NCBI GenBank assembly: GCA_040755455.1
Contig: JBFMAY010000030.1
Span: 1-46,923 of the forward strand
From: Thermodesulfobacteriota bacterium
GTDB lineage: Bacteria; Desulfobacterota; Desulfobulbia; Desulfobulbales; SURF-16
Direction: 5' to 3'
Length of the DNA: 46,923 bases
Below are positions 16,001-24,944 of the stretch, one piece after another (position 1 is the stretch's first letter; each line of letters starts with the position of its first letter). The notes beneath the pieces are model-generated. The model saw only the letters and a list, made by a program, of their open reading frames with translations, searched no databases and was not told where the DNA came from. The position numbers and the translations under genes are program-made.

Positions 16001-18266
16001 TGGCTGAACGTTGCCGCTTCCTCCGGTCGGCAAGGGGCGCGGAGGGACGGATGACCCCAATGCCCCGTTCACGGCAGAACTCCCGGAAAAAGTGCTGGAT
16101 ATCTTCCTCGGCCGTCATGCCTTCAAGATCAACCATCAGCTTCTGCCGCCAGGCGGGCATCTGCAGCTGTTCCTGTGCCCTGTCCTGATCTGTCTCAACC
16201 GGCAGATCCCTCAGGTGCACCAGAAAAATCTCGGCAGGGGTGCGGACCAGGAAAGAATGTACCGACCTGACCAGAGCGGGGGTCATCCTGGGCACCGCTG
16301 CCGGATCCACGTCATATCCCTCCGGCAGCAGGTCCCCACGTTTGAGGGCAACAAGCAGATGAGCCCTGTCCGTGGCCCTGGCAATGACCTCCTTCTGCCG
16401 CTCCCCATTATCAAAAGAGGGACACATTGCCGCAAGCCAGGCAATATCTCTGCCGAGCCAGAAAGAATTCAGCGAGCAGACCTCCTCACGGCTCGCCATG
16501 ACCACGGCCTGGGAGGGATAGCCTGCCGACTCCAGCCAGTCACCCTGTTGATCCCTGGCAAAAAAACCGGGCCGGCTGAGCAGAATTCCCCTGCGGTGCA
16601 GCTCCAGGGCAAAACCATCGGACAGGGCCTCACGATGTTCCCCGATTACCAGGCAGCGGTTTCTCCGGCTCTCCAGGGCGATGATCCCCAGCAGATCGGC
16701 GGTACGCGGGGCAACAACCACACCGGGCGCTCCCATATTTTCACTAAATTTCCACAGCTGCCGGTCCAGCACATCGATGGAGCCCATACGCAGCGCCCCG
16801 GCATAATGCATGTTGCTGCGGAGCATGGCGATGAACGGTTCATAGGCCATCTCCGCCACCCTTGCCGGCAGGACAGGCGGCCCGGAGGGATGACAGTCGG
16901 TTGTCCCGCCGTTATCATACATCTGCAGGCCCTTGCCAAAAAGCGCAGCATGATACCAGGGTGCAAAACCTGCCGCATCAACGCCGGCAGGCAGACTCTG
17001 GCAAAGCCCCACCTTGAGCCCGAGTTCCATGGAGCGTTTCCCCACCTCGGCCAGTTGCAGTTTAAGCTGCCACTGGAGATACTGGTAAAACTCAAGGCGC
17101 TGCTGATGGTCCCGGGCAAAACCGATGACCGCGGGGGAAGCGTGATTCTGTAAATCTTCTGGCCACTCAACCTGCCCCCCTGACGCCCCTCCATCTTTTT
17201 GCCAATGCTCGTGCAGAGCTTCATAAACAGCAAAGACATGCAGTCGTTGACCGCCTGTCTGCTGGAAATGGCGGAAGTCCCAACCCCTTTCCGTTTCCGG
17301 GTTGAGATGATTGAGTTGAAAATGCTGCCACAGCGCCTCGGCGATCACCTTCTTGACCCCGGCAACCTCCCCATGATCGACCTGTTCCGCCTCGCGCAGA
17401 TTGGCAATACGGACCTGAAAGGACGGATCGCTGACAAGGGACCGCACCTCCTCGCTCTCATGGAAATCAGCAACAGACTCCAGGTCAAGGTAGAGAGGAT
17501 CGAGAAAACACCGGCTGGATGGCTGGCTGGGGTACAGTTGCTCTTCTTGGGGTAATCGTCGGGACAACAGGGAGGAAACCGCCACGGTGCCTGCACCGTT
17601 TTCCGCCGCCCAGTACAGGATATTCTGCAGATCCGTCAGATCGCCGATCCCCCAGTTCCTTCTTGATCTGACTGTGTCGAGATGACAGGATATGCCCCAG
17701 ATTCTTGCCTCCTGCAACAGACCAGGAGGGGTATAACAGCTCAGCGGGGTGATGATCAGGGTGCACTGTCCGGTCAAGCTGCCGCCCTTGCCATCAGTGC
17801 TCTCCACTGTCAGCTGGTGGTAGCCGGCAGGCGGATGAAGATCCAGCGAAAGCTGCAGCGCCACATATCTCTCACCATCCAGTTCCGTCTCTTCCGCCAC
17901 CGGCAGTTCGGCGGGAGTCACCTCGCCCTCCTGACGCGAACCGTTCTCTTCGGTGAAAAGCCAGTGCACCGGATGGGAGAGCGCCATCTGCGGCAGGCGC
18001 ACCTCAAAAAGGCAAAAAGAGGTATCTTCAGCAACCACCAGCACCGGGCTGACAACCTGCCGCCAGTGATCCCTGCGCAGGTTATCCAGCGCATGAAGAG
18101 CGTCACTTTCGTCAGTGATTTCAATTCCCCACGCAGCAAGCAGCTCCCTTTTGCTTTCTTCCGGCAAATCCACCCAGGGTTCGCCTCCCTCCAGGCAAAG
18201 GGGTTCCACTGCCAATAACTCACATATCTGCTGGAATGTTTTTTTCTCCATAAGGGCCTGCATCAT
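13089..18266 (-). CDS. treY: Fusion of an N-terminal MalQ (GH77)-like domain with malto-oligosyltrehalose synthase TreY (GH13)
   Basis: TreY half (~13089-16005): YRLQFN, GSSHGYD, DMVPNHM, INYRRFFDIN, GLRIDHPDGLYDP, VVEKIL, STHDSKRSED, LVDPDNRRPVD. MalQ-like half: WGIGDLTDL, PSSRCFLDPLYLD, FYQYLQW, LESRRNRCLVIGE. Confidence 0.92.
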   Translation of the reverse strand: MMQALMEKKTFQQICELLAVEPLCLEGGEPWVDLPEESKRELLAAWGIEITDESDALHALDNLRRDHWRQVVSPVLVVAEDTSFCLFEVRLPQMALSHPVHWLFTEENGSRQEGEVTPAELPVAEETELDGERYVALQLSLDLHPPAGYHQLTVESTDGKGGSLTGQCTLIITPLSCYTPPGLLQEARIWGISCHLDTVRSRRNWGIGDLTDLQNILYWAAENGAGTVAVSSLLSRRLPQEEQLYPSQPSSRCFLDPLYLDLESVADFHESEEVRSLVSDPSFQVRIANLREAEQVDHGEVAGVKKVIAEALWQHFQLNHLNPETERGWDFRHFQQTGGQRLHVFAVYEALHEHWQKDGGASGGQVEWPEDLQNHASPAVIGFARDHQQRLEFYQYLQWQLKLQLAEVGKRSMELGLKVGLCQSLPAGVDAAGFAPWYHAALFGKGLQMYDNGGTTDCHPSGPPVLPARVAEMAYEPFIAMLRSNMHYAGALRMGSIDVLDRQLWKFSENMGAPGVVVAPRTADLLGIIALESRRNRCLVIGEHREALSDGFALELHRRGILLSRPGFFARDQQGDWLESAGYPSQAVVMASREEVCSLNSFWLGRDIAWLAAMCPSFDNGERQKEVIARATDRAHLLVALKRGDLLPEGYDVDPAAVPRMTPALVRSVHSFLVRTPAEIFLVHLRDLPVETDQDRAQEQLQMPAWRQKLMVDLEGMTAEEDIQHFFREFCRERGIGVIRPSAPLADRRKRQRSAIPRSFYRLQFNKNFTFRQAAAIAPYLKELGISHCYASPYLKARPGSSHGYDIIDHASLNPEIGSREEYEEFVAALDRYGMAQILDMVPNHMGVGPDNQWWVDVLENGQASPYADFFDINWQPQEEELKNRILLPVLGDYFGAVLEEGQLRLVFLPDRGSFFISYYEHFFPIAPKSYPQILGHDLQRLETRLGTQHEGFLELQSLIASFAGLPGREEINEEKIEMRNRNKEVLKRMLARLGREVPEIATFIEENVIYYNGEPGRPVSFDPLERLLATQAYRLAFWRVAADEINYRRFFDINDLAGIRMERKEVFDHTHGLVLDLIATGKIDGLRIDHPDGLYDPAGYFRHLQTAVSGISLEQRKIAAEDQSVHDQQASLPLYVVVEKILADFERLPGDWKVHGTSGYDFSCLVNGLFVDQSAEEEMTAVYHRFIEREIDFAALMYDCKKLIIKTAMAGEINVLSDQLRHLAKRNRYTQDYTHNGLREALTEIVAFFPVYRTYFTTDSFTDSDRRHVELAVDRARARQQAEDTSIYDFVRSVLLLETAQQPEDPLKTAATDFVMKFQQYTGPVMAKGLEDTAFYIYNRLLSLNEVGGDPRNFGVSVAAFHAVIGARAASWPYAMLNTSTHDSKRSEDVRARINVLSEMTTEWREALSRWHQLNRPRKKMTEQGAAPSKNDEYALYQNLLGVWPFAEMNGADKEDFLARFSSSMLKVIREAKVHTSWLNQNLVYEEAMTHFIRELLAGDDKAFLDDFTAFQKKIAWFGMMNSLSQLLLKLTSPGVPDIYQGNEIWHFCLVDPDNRRPVDFAKRMGLLAELGRSMTDSSQPTASRLQDLLQNPGDGRVKMYILWKTLTYRQENPELFERGSYFPLAAVGAGKEHLCAFGRSLGEQTLVVAVPRLVARLQHKDATRMPLGRAVWGDTVLTLPDHLQGSGFFNVLTGEEVTGQENGAGIYAADLFSQFPLALLAAK

Positions 18267-20158
18267 TTTTTGAGAAACCAGGCAATACCGTGCGGCATGA
18301 GCACATGTTGCTGCGCTTTCCCCCTGCCCACGGCCGGCTGGGCATAGAAAAGCGACTCGTCATCCAGTGCCAGACCGGTCAACGGTTCAGCGGAAAAATT
18401 GACAAACACCTCAAGTTGCAACGCATCTGCCAGCAGCCACTGCGCATGAAGGCCAGCGGCCCCGATAACGGAGTAGCTGGCCTTCCCGCCCCGCAGATCG
18501 GTAAGCCGGGGAATGATCTCTTTTTTACGCAAGGCAAGCAGAGATCGATACATCTGCAGAAATTCCCTGCCCTTCTCCCGGTCCGGTTCCCGCCAGTTCA
18601 GACAGGACCGACGGTAGGTGTCCGTTGCATTGGGGTCAGGAATGCGCTCCCGCACTTCAGCATCGGAGAACTGCGCAAAACGGGAAAACTCCTGCCGTCT
18701 CCCCTCTTTCACCTTGTCCGCCAGTTCCGGACCGAAATCGCAGAAGTAGAGAAATGGGGTTTCAGCACCATACTCTTCACCCATGAAGAGAAGAGGTGGG
18801 GACGGGGCCAACAGCAGCAGGGCTATGGCAGTTTTCAACAAAGGCTCCGGTGTCAACCCGCCCAGCCGTTCGCCGAAGGCCCGGTTACCGACCTGATCGT
18901 GATTCTGCAGAAAGGAGACAAACGCCGTGAGCGGCAGCTGACTGCTCGGCTTGCCGCGGGGTAGGTTGTTACGGTATGGCGAAGGTTCTCCCTGATAGGC
19001 GAATCCTTCCGTAAGACAGCGTCCCAACAGGTGCAGGCTGCGTTCCGAGTAATCGCCATAGTACCCCTGCCTTTCCCCGGTCAGCAGCACATGGCAGGCG
19101 TGGTGGATGTCATCGTTCCACTGGGCGTTGTAGTGCCTGTACTTCCCGGCAGCATCCCTCCGCAGATAACCGGGTTCATTATTGTCATTTTCCAGGACGA
19201 GATGAATATGGCGGTGGCGGCCGGGACCGTTGCGCACGGCGGTGGCGATCTCCTCCAGAATATGCGGCGATGACTCATCAAAAATGGCATGGACGGCATC
19301 GAAACGGAGCCCGTCGATATGATATTCCTCAAGCCAGTACAGGGCGTTGTGGACGAAAAAGCGGCGGACCGCGGGGCTCATGACCCCGCCGAAATTGATG
19401 GCCGCCCCCCAGGGGGTATGACGGCTCTCGTCAAAAAAGGCCTCTCTGGCATAGACATGCAGGTAGTTTCCTTCCGGTCCGAAATGGTTATAGACCACAT
19501 CAAGAAAAACCATCATATCCCTGGCATGGGCCGCCTGCACAAGAGCCTTCAGATCCTCCGGGGCGCCATAGGTCCGGTCAGGGGCAAAAAGCAGAGCCCC
19601 GTCATATCCCCAGTTTCTCCGGCCGGGGAAATCGGCCAGCGGCATGAGCTCCACGGCAGTGACGCCAAGATCGGCCAGGTAATCCAGCCGTTCGATAATA
19701 CCTGAGAAACGGCCGTCCGGAGAAAAAGCGCCGGTATGGAGTTCATAGATGATCATTTCCTCCCAGGGCCGACCCTTCCAGGAGCCGTCCCGCCACGGGA
19801 ATGATTGCGGATCGATCACCACACTCGGGCCGTGGATGTCCTCAGCCTGACAGCGGGAAACAGGGTCAGGGACCAGCAGGTCCCCATCAATGCGGAAACG
19901 GTACAGCGAGCCGGGAACGGCCCGGGAATTCAGCAGATGATACCAGCCCTCATCAGGTCCGGTCATGGGATAAAACTGCCGGGCGCCATCGCTTTCTTCG
20001 AGAACGAGTTCAACCGCCCCGGCACCGGGAGCCCACAACCTGAAAAGCACTCCTTCAGCCATTATCATGGTGCCGAAGGGCATCGAGTGCGACCGGTTTA
20101 TCGTCATTGCGTCTGCAGCCATCATCCTTTCCCCGGGTGAGAAAAATAGAGTGGCCAA
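18263..20158 (-). CDS. treZ: Malto-oligosyltrehalose trehalohydrolase TreZ
   Basis: FRLWAP, YELHTG, NWGYDG, DVVYNHFGPEGNY, GLRFDAVHAI, LENDNN, QNHDQVGNR. The true start may be a few codons downstream. Confidence 0.94.
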   Translation of the reverse strand: MATLFFSPGERMMAADAMTINRSHSMPFGTMIMAEGVLFRLWAPGAGAVELVLEESDGARQFYPMTGPDEGWYHLLNSRAVPGSLYRFRIDGDLLVPDPVSRCQAEDIHGPSVVIDPQSFPWRDGSWKGRPWEEMIIYELHTGAFSPDGRFSGIIERLDYLADLGVTAVELMPLADFPGRRNWGYDGALLFAPDRTYGAPEDLKALVQAAHARDMMVFLDVVYNHFGPEGNYLHVYAREAFFDESRHTPWGAAINFGGVMSPAVRRFFVHNALYWLEEYHIDGLRFDAVHAIFDESSPHILEEIATAVRNGPGRHRHIHLVLENDNNEPGYLRRDAAGKYRHYNAQWNDDIHHACHVLLTGERQGYYGDYSERSLHLLGRCLTEGFAYQGEPSPYRNNLPRGKPSSQLPLTAFVSFLQNHDQVGNRAFGERLGGLTPEPLLKTAIALLLLAPSPPLLFMGEEYGAETPFLYFCDFGPELADKVKEGRRQEFSRFAQFSDAEVRERIPDPNATDTYRRSCLNWREPDREKGREFLQMYRSLLALRKKEIIPRLTDLRGGKASYSVIGAAGLHAQWLLADALQLEVFVNFSAEPLTGLALDDESLFYAQPAVGRGKAQQHVLMPHGIAWFLKK

Positions 20159-20329
20159 ACAGGTCAGCCACGGGAAAATCCGTATGTGAGGGGCAATATT
20201 TTTTTGGCGGGAACCTCTCTTTTTTTTATATCACATTTATACTTCCTGCCATATTATTACTGTATAAATCTGTTGAAAAAAATCCACGCCAAAACCTGCA
20301 TTCAACACTGTAATAAAAGAGGTTTTACC

Positions 20330-20842
20330 ATGGCGAAAATCGCCGTTATCATCGCCGATCTGTTTGAGGATTCTGAATACATCGAACCGGCCGAGGCCTT
20401 GCGCCGGGCCGGTCATGAGGTGATCCATGTGGGATTGCAGGCAGGCAGGCCGGTGCATGGGAAAAAGAAAAACACCGCCGTGTCCGTTGATGTCGCGGTG
20501 CAGGAGGCTCTGGTCAACGATTTCGACGCCCTGCTCATTCCGGGAGGCTATTCGCCGGACAAACTGCGGGCCGATCCCCAGGCCGTGGAATTTGTCCGGC
20601 AGTTCATGCAGGAGAACAAACCGGTATTTTCCATCTGCCACGGCCCCCAGCTTCTCATATCGGCCAAGTCTCTGGAGGGAAGGAGGGTGACCGGCTGGAA
20701 ATCGATCAGACAGGACATCATCTATGCCGGCGCCCGTTTCATTGATGCGGAGACGGTGGAAGACGGCAATCTGATCACCAGCCGCAGCCCCAAGGATCTA
20801 CCGGCCTTTATCAGGGCTTGCCTGGCAAAGCTGGCGAGATAG
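20330..20842 (+). CDS. DJ-1/PfpI (YhbO-like) family protein
   Basis: FEDSEY, LLIPGGYSPDKLR, SICHGPQLLISA, DGNLITSRSPKDLPAF; SD AGAGG before ATG 20330. Confidence 0.92.
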   Translation: MAKIAVIIADLFEDSEYIEPAEALRRAGHEVIHVGLQAGRPVHGKKKNTAVSVDVAVQEALVNDFDALLIPGGYSPDKLRADPQAVEFVRQFMQENKPVFSICHGPQLLISAKSLEGRRVTGWKSIRQDIIYAGARFIDAETVEDGNLITSRSPKDLPAFIRACLAKLAR

Positions 20843-20863
20843 CAGGAAGTCCTTTTTCCCCGC

Positions 20864-21976
20864 CTATTCGATGGCCTGGAATTTCTTCATGAATTTGCGG
20901 TCGATATAGTCCTTGATGAAAAAGGCGAGCCGGCCGTCAAACTCCAGCCATCTCTTGCGCAGAATCCCGGTACCGTCGCCCAGGTTGAAGATGAGCAGAT
21001 AATCACCGCCCGGCGAAAAGGGTTGCAGCTCCCCTCCTTCCAGGGAGGCCATGAGATTATGAAACAGCACGGGATTCTCGCGGACCGCATAAACCCCAAC
21101 CTTGTCCAGCGGTTGGTCCTGGAAATAAATACAGTCGCCGCCTCCGAAAATCTCCGGGAATTCCGGGCACTGCAGAAACCTGTTCACCAGCAGACCTCCG
21201 TCAGGTCCGGTGGGCAGGCCTGATTCCTGAAAAATCGCGGCCGGTTTCACGCCAATGGAGAGAAAAATAAAGTCCGCGGCAAATTGTTCACCGGACTCCA
21301 GGGTGACCCTGCCGGTTTCCACCTCCTTCACATAGCCCTGCTCCAGGATTTCAATGCCGCGTCCCTGCAGAGAACGGATCGCCTTGCTGCGGATGGATTC
21401 CGGGAAACGCCCCATGAGCTTGCGGCCGGCAAAGATGCGTATATCGGCCATATGCCGGTCATGATCATGGAGAAGCCGCCAGACATTGCCCGCCACCTCC
21501 ACGGAAGACGGTCCGCCGCCGATGACAGCCACGGAAAATTTCCCCCGGCTGGCAAGTTCAATGAGATGGGCCTGGGCCTCCATGAGCCGCTCTATGGGTT
21601 TCACCGGGAAAATCCCCTCACCCGTGCCTTTGACACTGGTCTGCGGCACATAGCTGCCGGCATTGCAGGACAGGACATCGTAGGCAATGGACGAACCGTC
21701 CTCCAGCATAACATTCTTCAGCACCGCATCAATGCGTACCACCTTGCCGAGCACAAAGCGGCCACCCTGTTTTTCCACAACATGCCTGGTGGCAAAACGA
21801 ATATCGTCCGGCCGATAAAACCGGCCGAGCATGCCCGGCCCCATGCCGGAATAATAGTGATAGGCCGAGGGACCGATCACTGTCACCTCATGCCCTCCGG
21901 CAAGGAAGCTGCCAAGATTGGCCAAGGTCACCATATGGGCGTGTCCACCGCCTACCAGTACAAGCCGTTTCCCCAT
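20864..21976 (-). CDS. FAD-dependent pyridine nucleotide-disulfide oxidoreductase (NDH-2-like; resembles the N-terminal domain of SelD fusions)
   Basis: LVLVGGGHAH, YYSGMGPG, VIGGGPSSVEVA, IFGGGDC, KVGVYAVR, KDYIDRKFM. Confidence 0.85.
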   Translation of the reverse strand: MGKRLVLVGGGHAHMVTLANLGSFLAGGHEVTVIGPSAYHYYSGMGPGMLGRFYRPDDIRFATRHVVEKQGGRFVLGKVVRIDAVLKNVMLEDGSSIAYDVLSCNAGSYVPQTSVKGTGEGIFPVKPIERLMEAQAHLIELASRGKFSVAVIGGGPSSVEVAGNVWRLLHDHDRHMADIRIFAGRKLMGRFPESIRSKAIRSLQGRGIEILEQGYVKEVETGRVTLESGEQFAADFIFLSIGVKPAAIFQESGLPTGPDGGLLVNRFLQCPEFPEIFGGGDCIYFQDQPLDKVGVYAVRENPVLFHNLMASLEGGELQPFSPGGDYLLIFNLGDGTGILRKRWLEFDGRLAFFIKDYIDRKFMKKFQAIE

Positions 21977-22099
21977 TTTTTTTATCTCCGCAGATATTGA
22001 TCGCTTTTTTTCGAGTCCGGCTGTCCGCCGCAAATGTTAGGTTTACTATAGGCAATGATCCGGATGGGGTCAACTGCTTCGTGGGCATTAACGTTGAGA

Positions 22100-23005
22100 T
22101 CAACCCGCCCGCCCGGGATAACGGGGCACAACCGGTTTACGGCCGCAGACCTGCAGGTATTTTTCCGCAGGATAGCCGAGAGCGATGACCGAATAAACCG
22201 ATTCGCCGGCGGGGATGGCAAAAAGGGCTTTCATGGCGGGCTCATGCCTGATGGCCTCCACGGCAAAACCGATGAGGCAGGTGCCAAGCCCCATGGCATG
22301 GGCCGCCAGCAGGATATTCTGGGTGGCCAGCAGGGCGTCTTCAGCCGGACAGCTGGCATGTTCCGTGCCGCCGACCAGTATCACCGCTGTTGCCCCGTGG
22401 AACAGACGATCCACCCCCTCCTCTTCCCATTCGTGCAGGCCATGGGAGATGGTCTGGTAATAGCTGCGGTAATAGCTGCCCAGGCGATCCCGGCCGAAAA
22501 GCCTCGATGCCAGACGCAGCAGAGGATTTTCCGCCATGTTGTTCAGTTTCTTGAAAAATGCGGCAACATGATTGCCTAAGCTGACCACCTCATCCCGGCG
22601 GTCGAGAATGGTAAAGGTCCAGCCCTGGCTGTTGGTGCCAGACGGGGCGGTGGTGCCGATTCTGACCAGATCTTCCAGCATGGCGCGGCTCACCTGCTGG
22701 TTCGTGTAATTTCTGCAGGAACGCCGGGAACGCATCAGCCGCACCAGGGAGCCCAGATCAAAATCGCCAAAGGGCAGCCAGCGCAGGTCTTCGTTAAAGG
22801 TGGAAAAATTCATGGCAGGGGTAATGACAGAAATCGCCCCCACAGGACAGACCGCCTGACAATGGCCGCAGTTCATGCACTCCGTCCCGCATACTGTTGC
22901 CACATCACCGTCCAGACAGAGCGTCCGGTCAGGACAAACGGCAATGCAAAAGCCGCAGCCGATGCATTTTTCCCTGTCTATCCGTGTCGCAACCGGGCCG
23001 GCCAT
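22100..23005 (-). CDS. Nitroreductase family protein with N-terminal 2x[4Fe-4S] ferredoxin domain
   Basis: CIGCGFCIAVCP and CMNCGHCQAVCP; RSRRSCRNY, APSGTNSQGW, LAAHAMGLGTCLIG, IALGYP. Confidence 0.92.
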   Translation of the reverse strand: MAGPVATRIDREKCIGCGFCIAVCPDRTLCLDGDVATVCGTECMNCGHCQAVCPVGAISVITPAMNFSTFNEDLRWLPFGDFDLGSLVRLMRSRRSCRNYTNQQVSRAMLEDLVRIGTTAPSGTNSQGWTFTILDRRDEVVSLGNHVAAFFKKLNNMAENPLLRLASRLFGRDRLGSYYRSYYQTISHGLHEWEEEGVDRLFHGATAVILVGGTEHASCPAEDALLATQNILLAAHAMGLGTCLIGFAVEAIRHEPAMKALFAIPAGESVYSVIALGYPAEKYLQVCGRKPVVPRYPGRAG

Positions 23006-23580
23006 TATTTTTCCCGTATTTTTTTGCCCAGGGCAAAGGCCTCGCCGAGCATGTTGCCGATACCATGATACCTGCGGGCCCCCGGAGAGAAAATCATTGG
23101 TTTGAGTAATGCGATATCAGGAATACCATTTTCCCCAAGGACCGCCTCCTCGGCTTTGATATCGATGATTTCACCGACAAACTGGGTATGCAGACCGATT
23201 TTCACGACCTGCTTCAGTTTGCACTCCAGCACCAGAGGAAATTCGGCAATAGAGGGCGCGTCAACCACCTCACTTTTTACGGGGGTGAGCCCGGCTGCGG
23301 CAAACTTGTCAACACTCCTGCCCGATGACAGGCCGAAGTAATCAACCTCCACAGCATATTTCTCAACTCCCACATTAACGGTAAACGCCTCGCGGGCCAT
23401 GATGCAGTCATGGGTGTAGGTTGCCTCCCGTAAAGAAACGGCGATACAGGGAGGCTTGGAACAGCAGATGCCTGCCCAGGCGGCGGTCATCACATTGGCC
23501 TTGCCGTTTTGATCATAGGTGCCGATCACCCAGACCGGAGTCGGATATACCAACGTATTGGGACCTAATGACTTTTTCAT
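23005..23580 (-). CDS. Flavin reductase family protein (flavoredoxin-like)
   Basis: YPTPVWVIGTYD, NVMTAAWAGICCSKPP, SGRSVDKF, EFPLVLEC, GLHTQFVGEI. Confidence 0.9.
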   Translation of the reverse strand: MKKSLGPNTLVYPTPVWVIGTYDQNGKANVMTAAWAGICCSKPPCIAVSLREATYTHDCIMAREAFTVNVGVEKYAVEVDYFGLSSGRSVDKFAAAGLTPVKSEVVDAPSIAEFPLVLECKLKQVVKIGLHTQFVGEIIDIKAEEAVLGENGIPDIALLKPMIFSPGARRYHGIGNMLGEAFALGKKIREK

Positions 23581-23795
23581 TTTCTCTTCTCCTTGCATAT
23601 CTGCATTTAACTTGCTTTCAGCAGAAATTCTGAATATATATTTAAAGTTTTACATCTGACTGTCTCGTATTTATGCCCCTTGCGGGTGAAAACACTCTCG
23701 ACAGCCGGCCAGTGCATGATATGTCCCTGATTTATCGTCACGAAGTCCGGCACCAGGAATTTTTTCGCAGCCATCACATTTCACCATTATTAAGC

Positions 23796-24944
23796 ATGAA
23801 ACTTGCGATCTGTCTATTTAATTACTTCCCTTATGGCGGCCTGGAACGAAACTTCCTGAAGATCAGCCGGGAATGTCTTGCCCGGGGGCATGCGGTGGAT
23901 GTGTTTACCATGCGGTGGGAGGGAGAAAAGCCGGACGGAATCAAGGTCAGCGAGCTTGCTCCGCGGGGCATGAGCAATCACGGGCAGGCTGCGGCCTATG
24001 CCGCTGATGCGGCAAACCGTCTGGCCGGACAGAACTATGATCTGGTCCTGGGCTTCAACCGCATGCCCGGCCTTGACCTCTATTACGCCGCTGATGTCTG
24101 TTATGTTGCCCGGATAGAGCGACAGCGCTCTTTGCTGGCCAAATTGACCCCCCGTTACCGCACCTTTGCGGCCTTCGAGCGGGCGGTGTTCGTCCCGGGG
24201 TCGCCGACGGAAATCATCATGCTGTCGGAGAAGGAAAAAGATATCTATCAATCAATCTATGGCACTCCGGAACCCAGGTTCCATCTGGTCCCCCCCGGAG
24301 TCAATAAACAGCATATCCGCTCCTCCATCAGTCAGGAAAACAGGGAGAAAATCAGGGCACAGCTGGGTGTTGCCCCACAGGACAACCTGCTGCTCATGAT
24401 CGGCTCCCACTTCCACACCAAGGGGGTGGACCGGTCGATCATCGCCCTGGCCGCCCTGCCGCAGGCCCTGAGAAATTCCACGTATCTCTTTATCATCGGC
24501 AAGGGCAAGGAAAAAACTTATCTGCAGCTGGCCCGGAAATCCGGCCTTGCGGACCATGTCCGTTTTCTGGGCACCAGGGAAGATGTGCCTTTATTTCTGG
24601 CCGGCGCGGATTTCGTGCTCCAGCCCTCGCGCACCGAAAACACCGGCAATGCCATTGTTGAGGCCTTGGTGGCAGGCATTCCGGTCATGGCAACGGACAC
24701 ATGCGGTTATGCCGTGCATGTTGAACGGGCCGGGGCCGGCAGGATTATCCCATGCTCTCCCTTCAGCCAGGACAACATGAATACCATGCTGCGGGAAATG
24801 CTGCTCTCCACGGAGAGAAAACGATGGCAGCAGCAGGCCCTGGCCTATGCCGACACCACGGACCTGTACAATCGCTTCAAGGTCATTGTTGATGTTATTG
24901 AAACCTGTGGGGCAAAAAAAAGAGAGATGGCGCAAGGATCATGA
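23796..24944 (+). CDS. waaG: LPS core glucosyltransferase WaaG-like (GT4)
   Basis: N-terminus MKLAICLFNYFPYGGLERNF resembles WaaG; GFNRMPGLDLYYAADVCY, IGSHFHTKGVDRSI, ENTGNAIVEA, CGYAVHV. Confidence 0.85.
   Translation: MKLAICLFNYFPYGGLERNFLKISRECLARGHAVDVFTMRWEGEKPDGIKVSELAPRGMSNHGQAAAYAADAANRLAGQNYDLVLGFNRMPGLDLYYAADVCYVARIERQRSLLAKLTPRYRTFAAFERAVFVPGSPTEIIMLSEKEKDIYQSIYGTPEPRFHLVPPGVNKQHIRSSISQENREKIRAQLGVAPQDNLLLMIGSHFHTKGVDRSIIALAALPQALRNSTYLFIIGKGKEKTYLQLARKSGLADHVRFLGTREDVPLFLAGADFVLQPSRTENTGNAIVEALVAGIPVMATDTCGYAVHVERAGAGRIIPCSPFSQDNMNTMLREMLLSTERKRWQQQALAYADTTDLYNRFKVIVDVIETCGAKKREMAQGS

Noticed and set aside
20864..21976. Selenophosphate synthetase (SelD) call
   Set aside because: Only the FAD/NADH-oxidoreductase portion is present; there is no AIR-synthase-like SelD domain and no in-frame TGA
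24290..24296. C7 tract in the waaG-like gene (and A8 tracts near 24914 and 26042) as phase-variation sites
   Set aside because: The tracts are short, the frames are intact, and such runs are expected by chance
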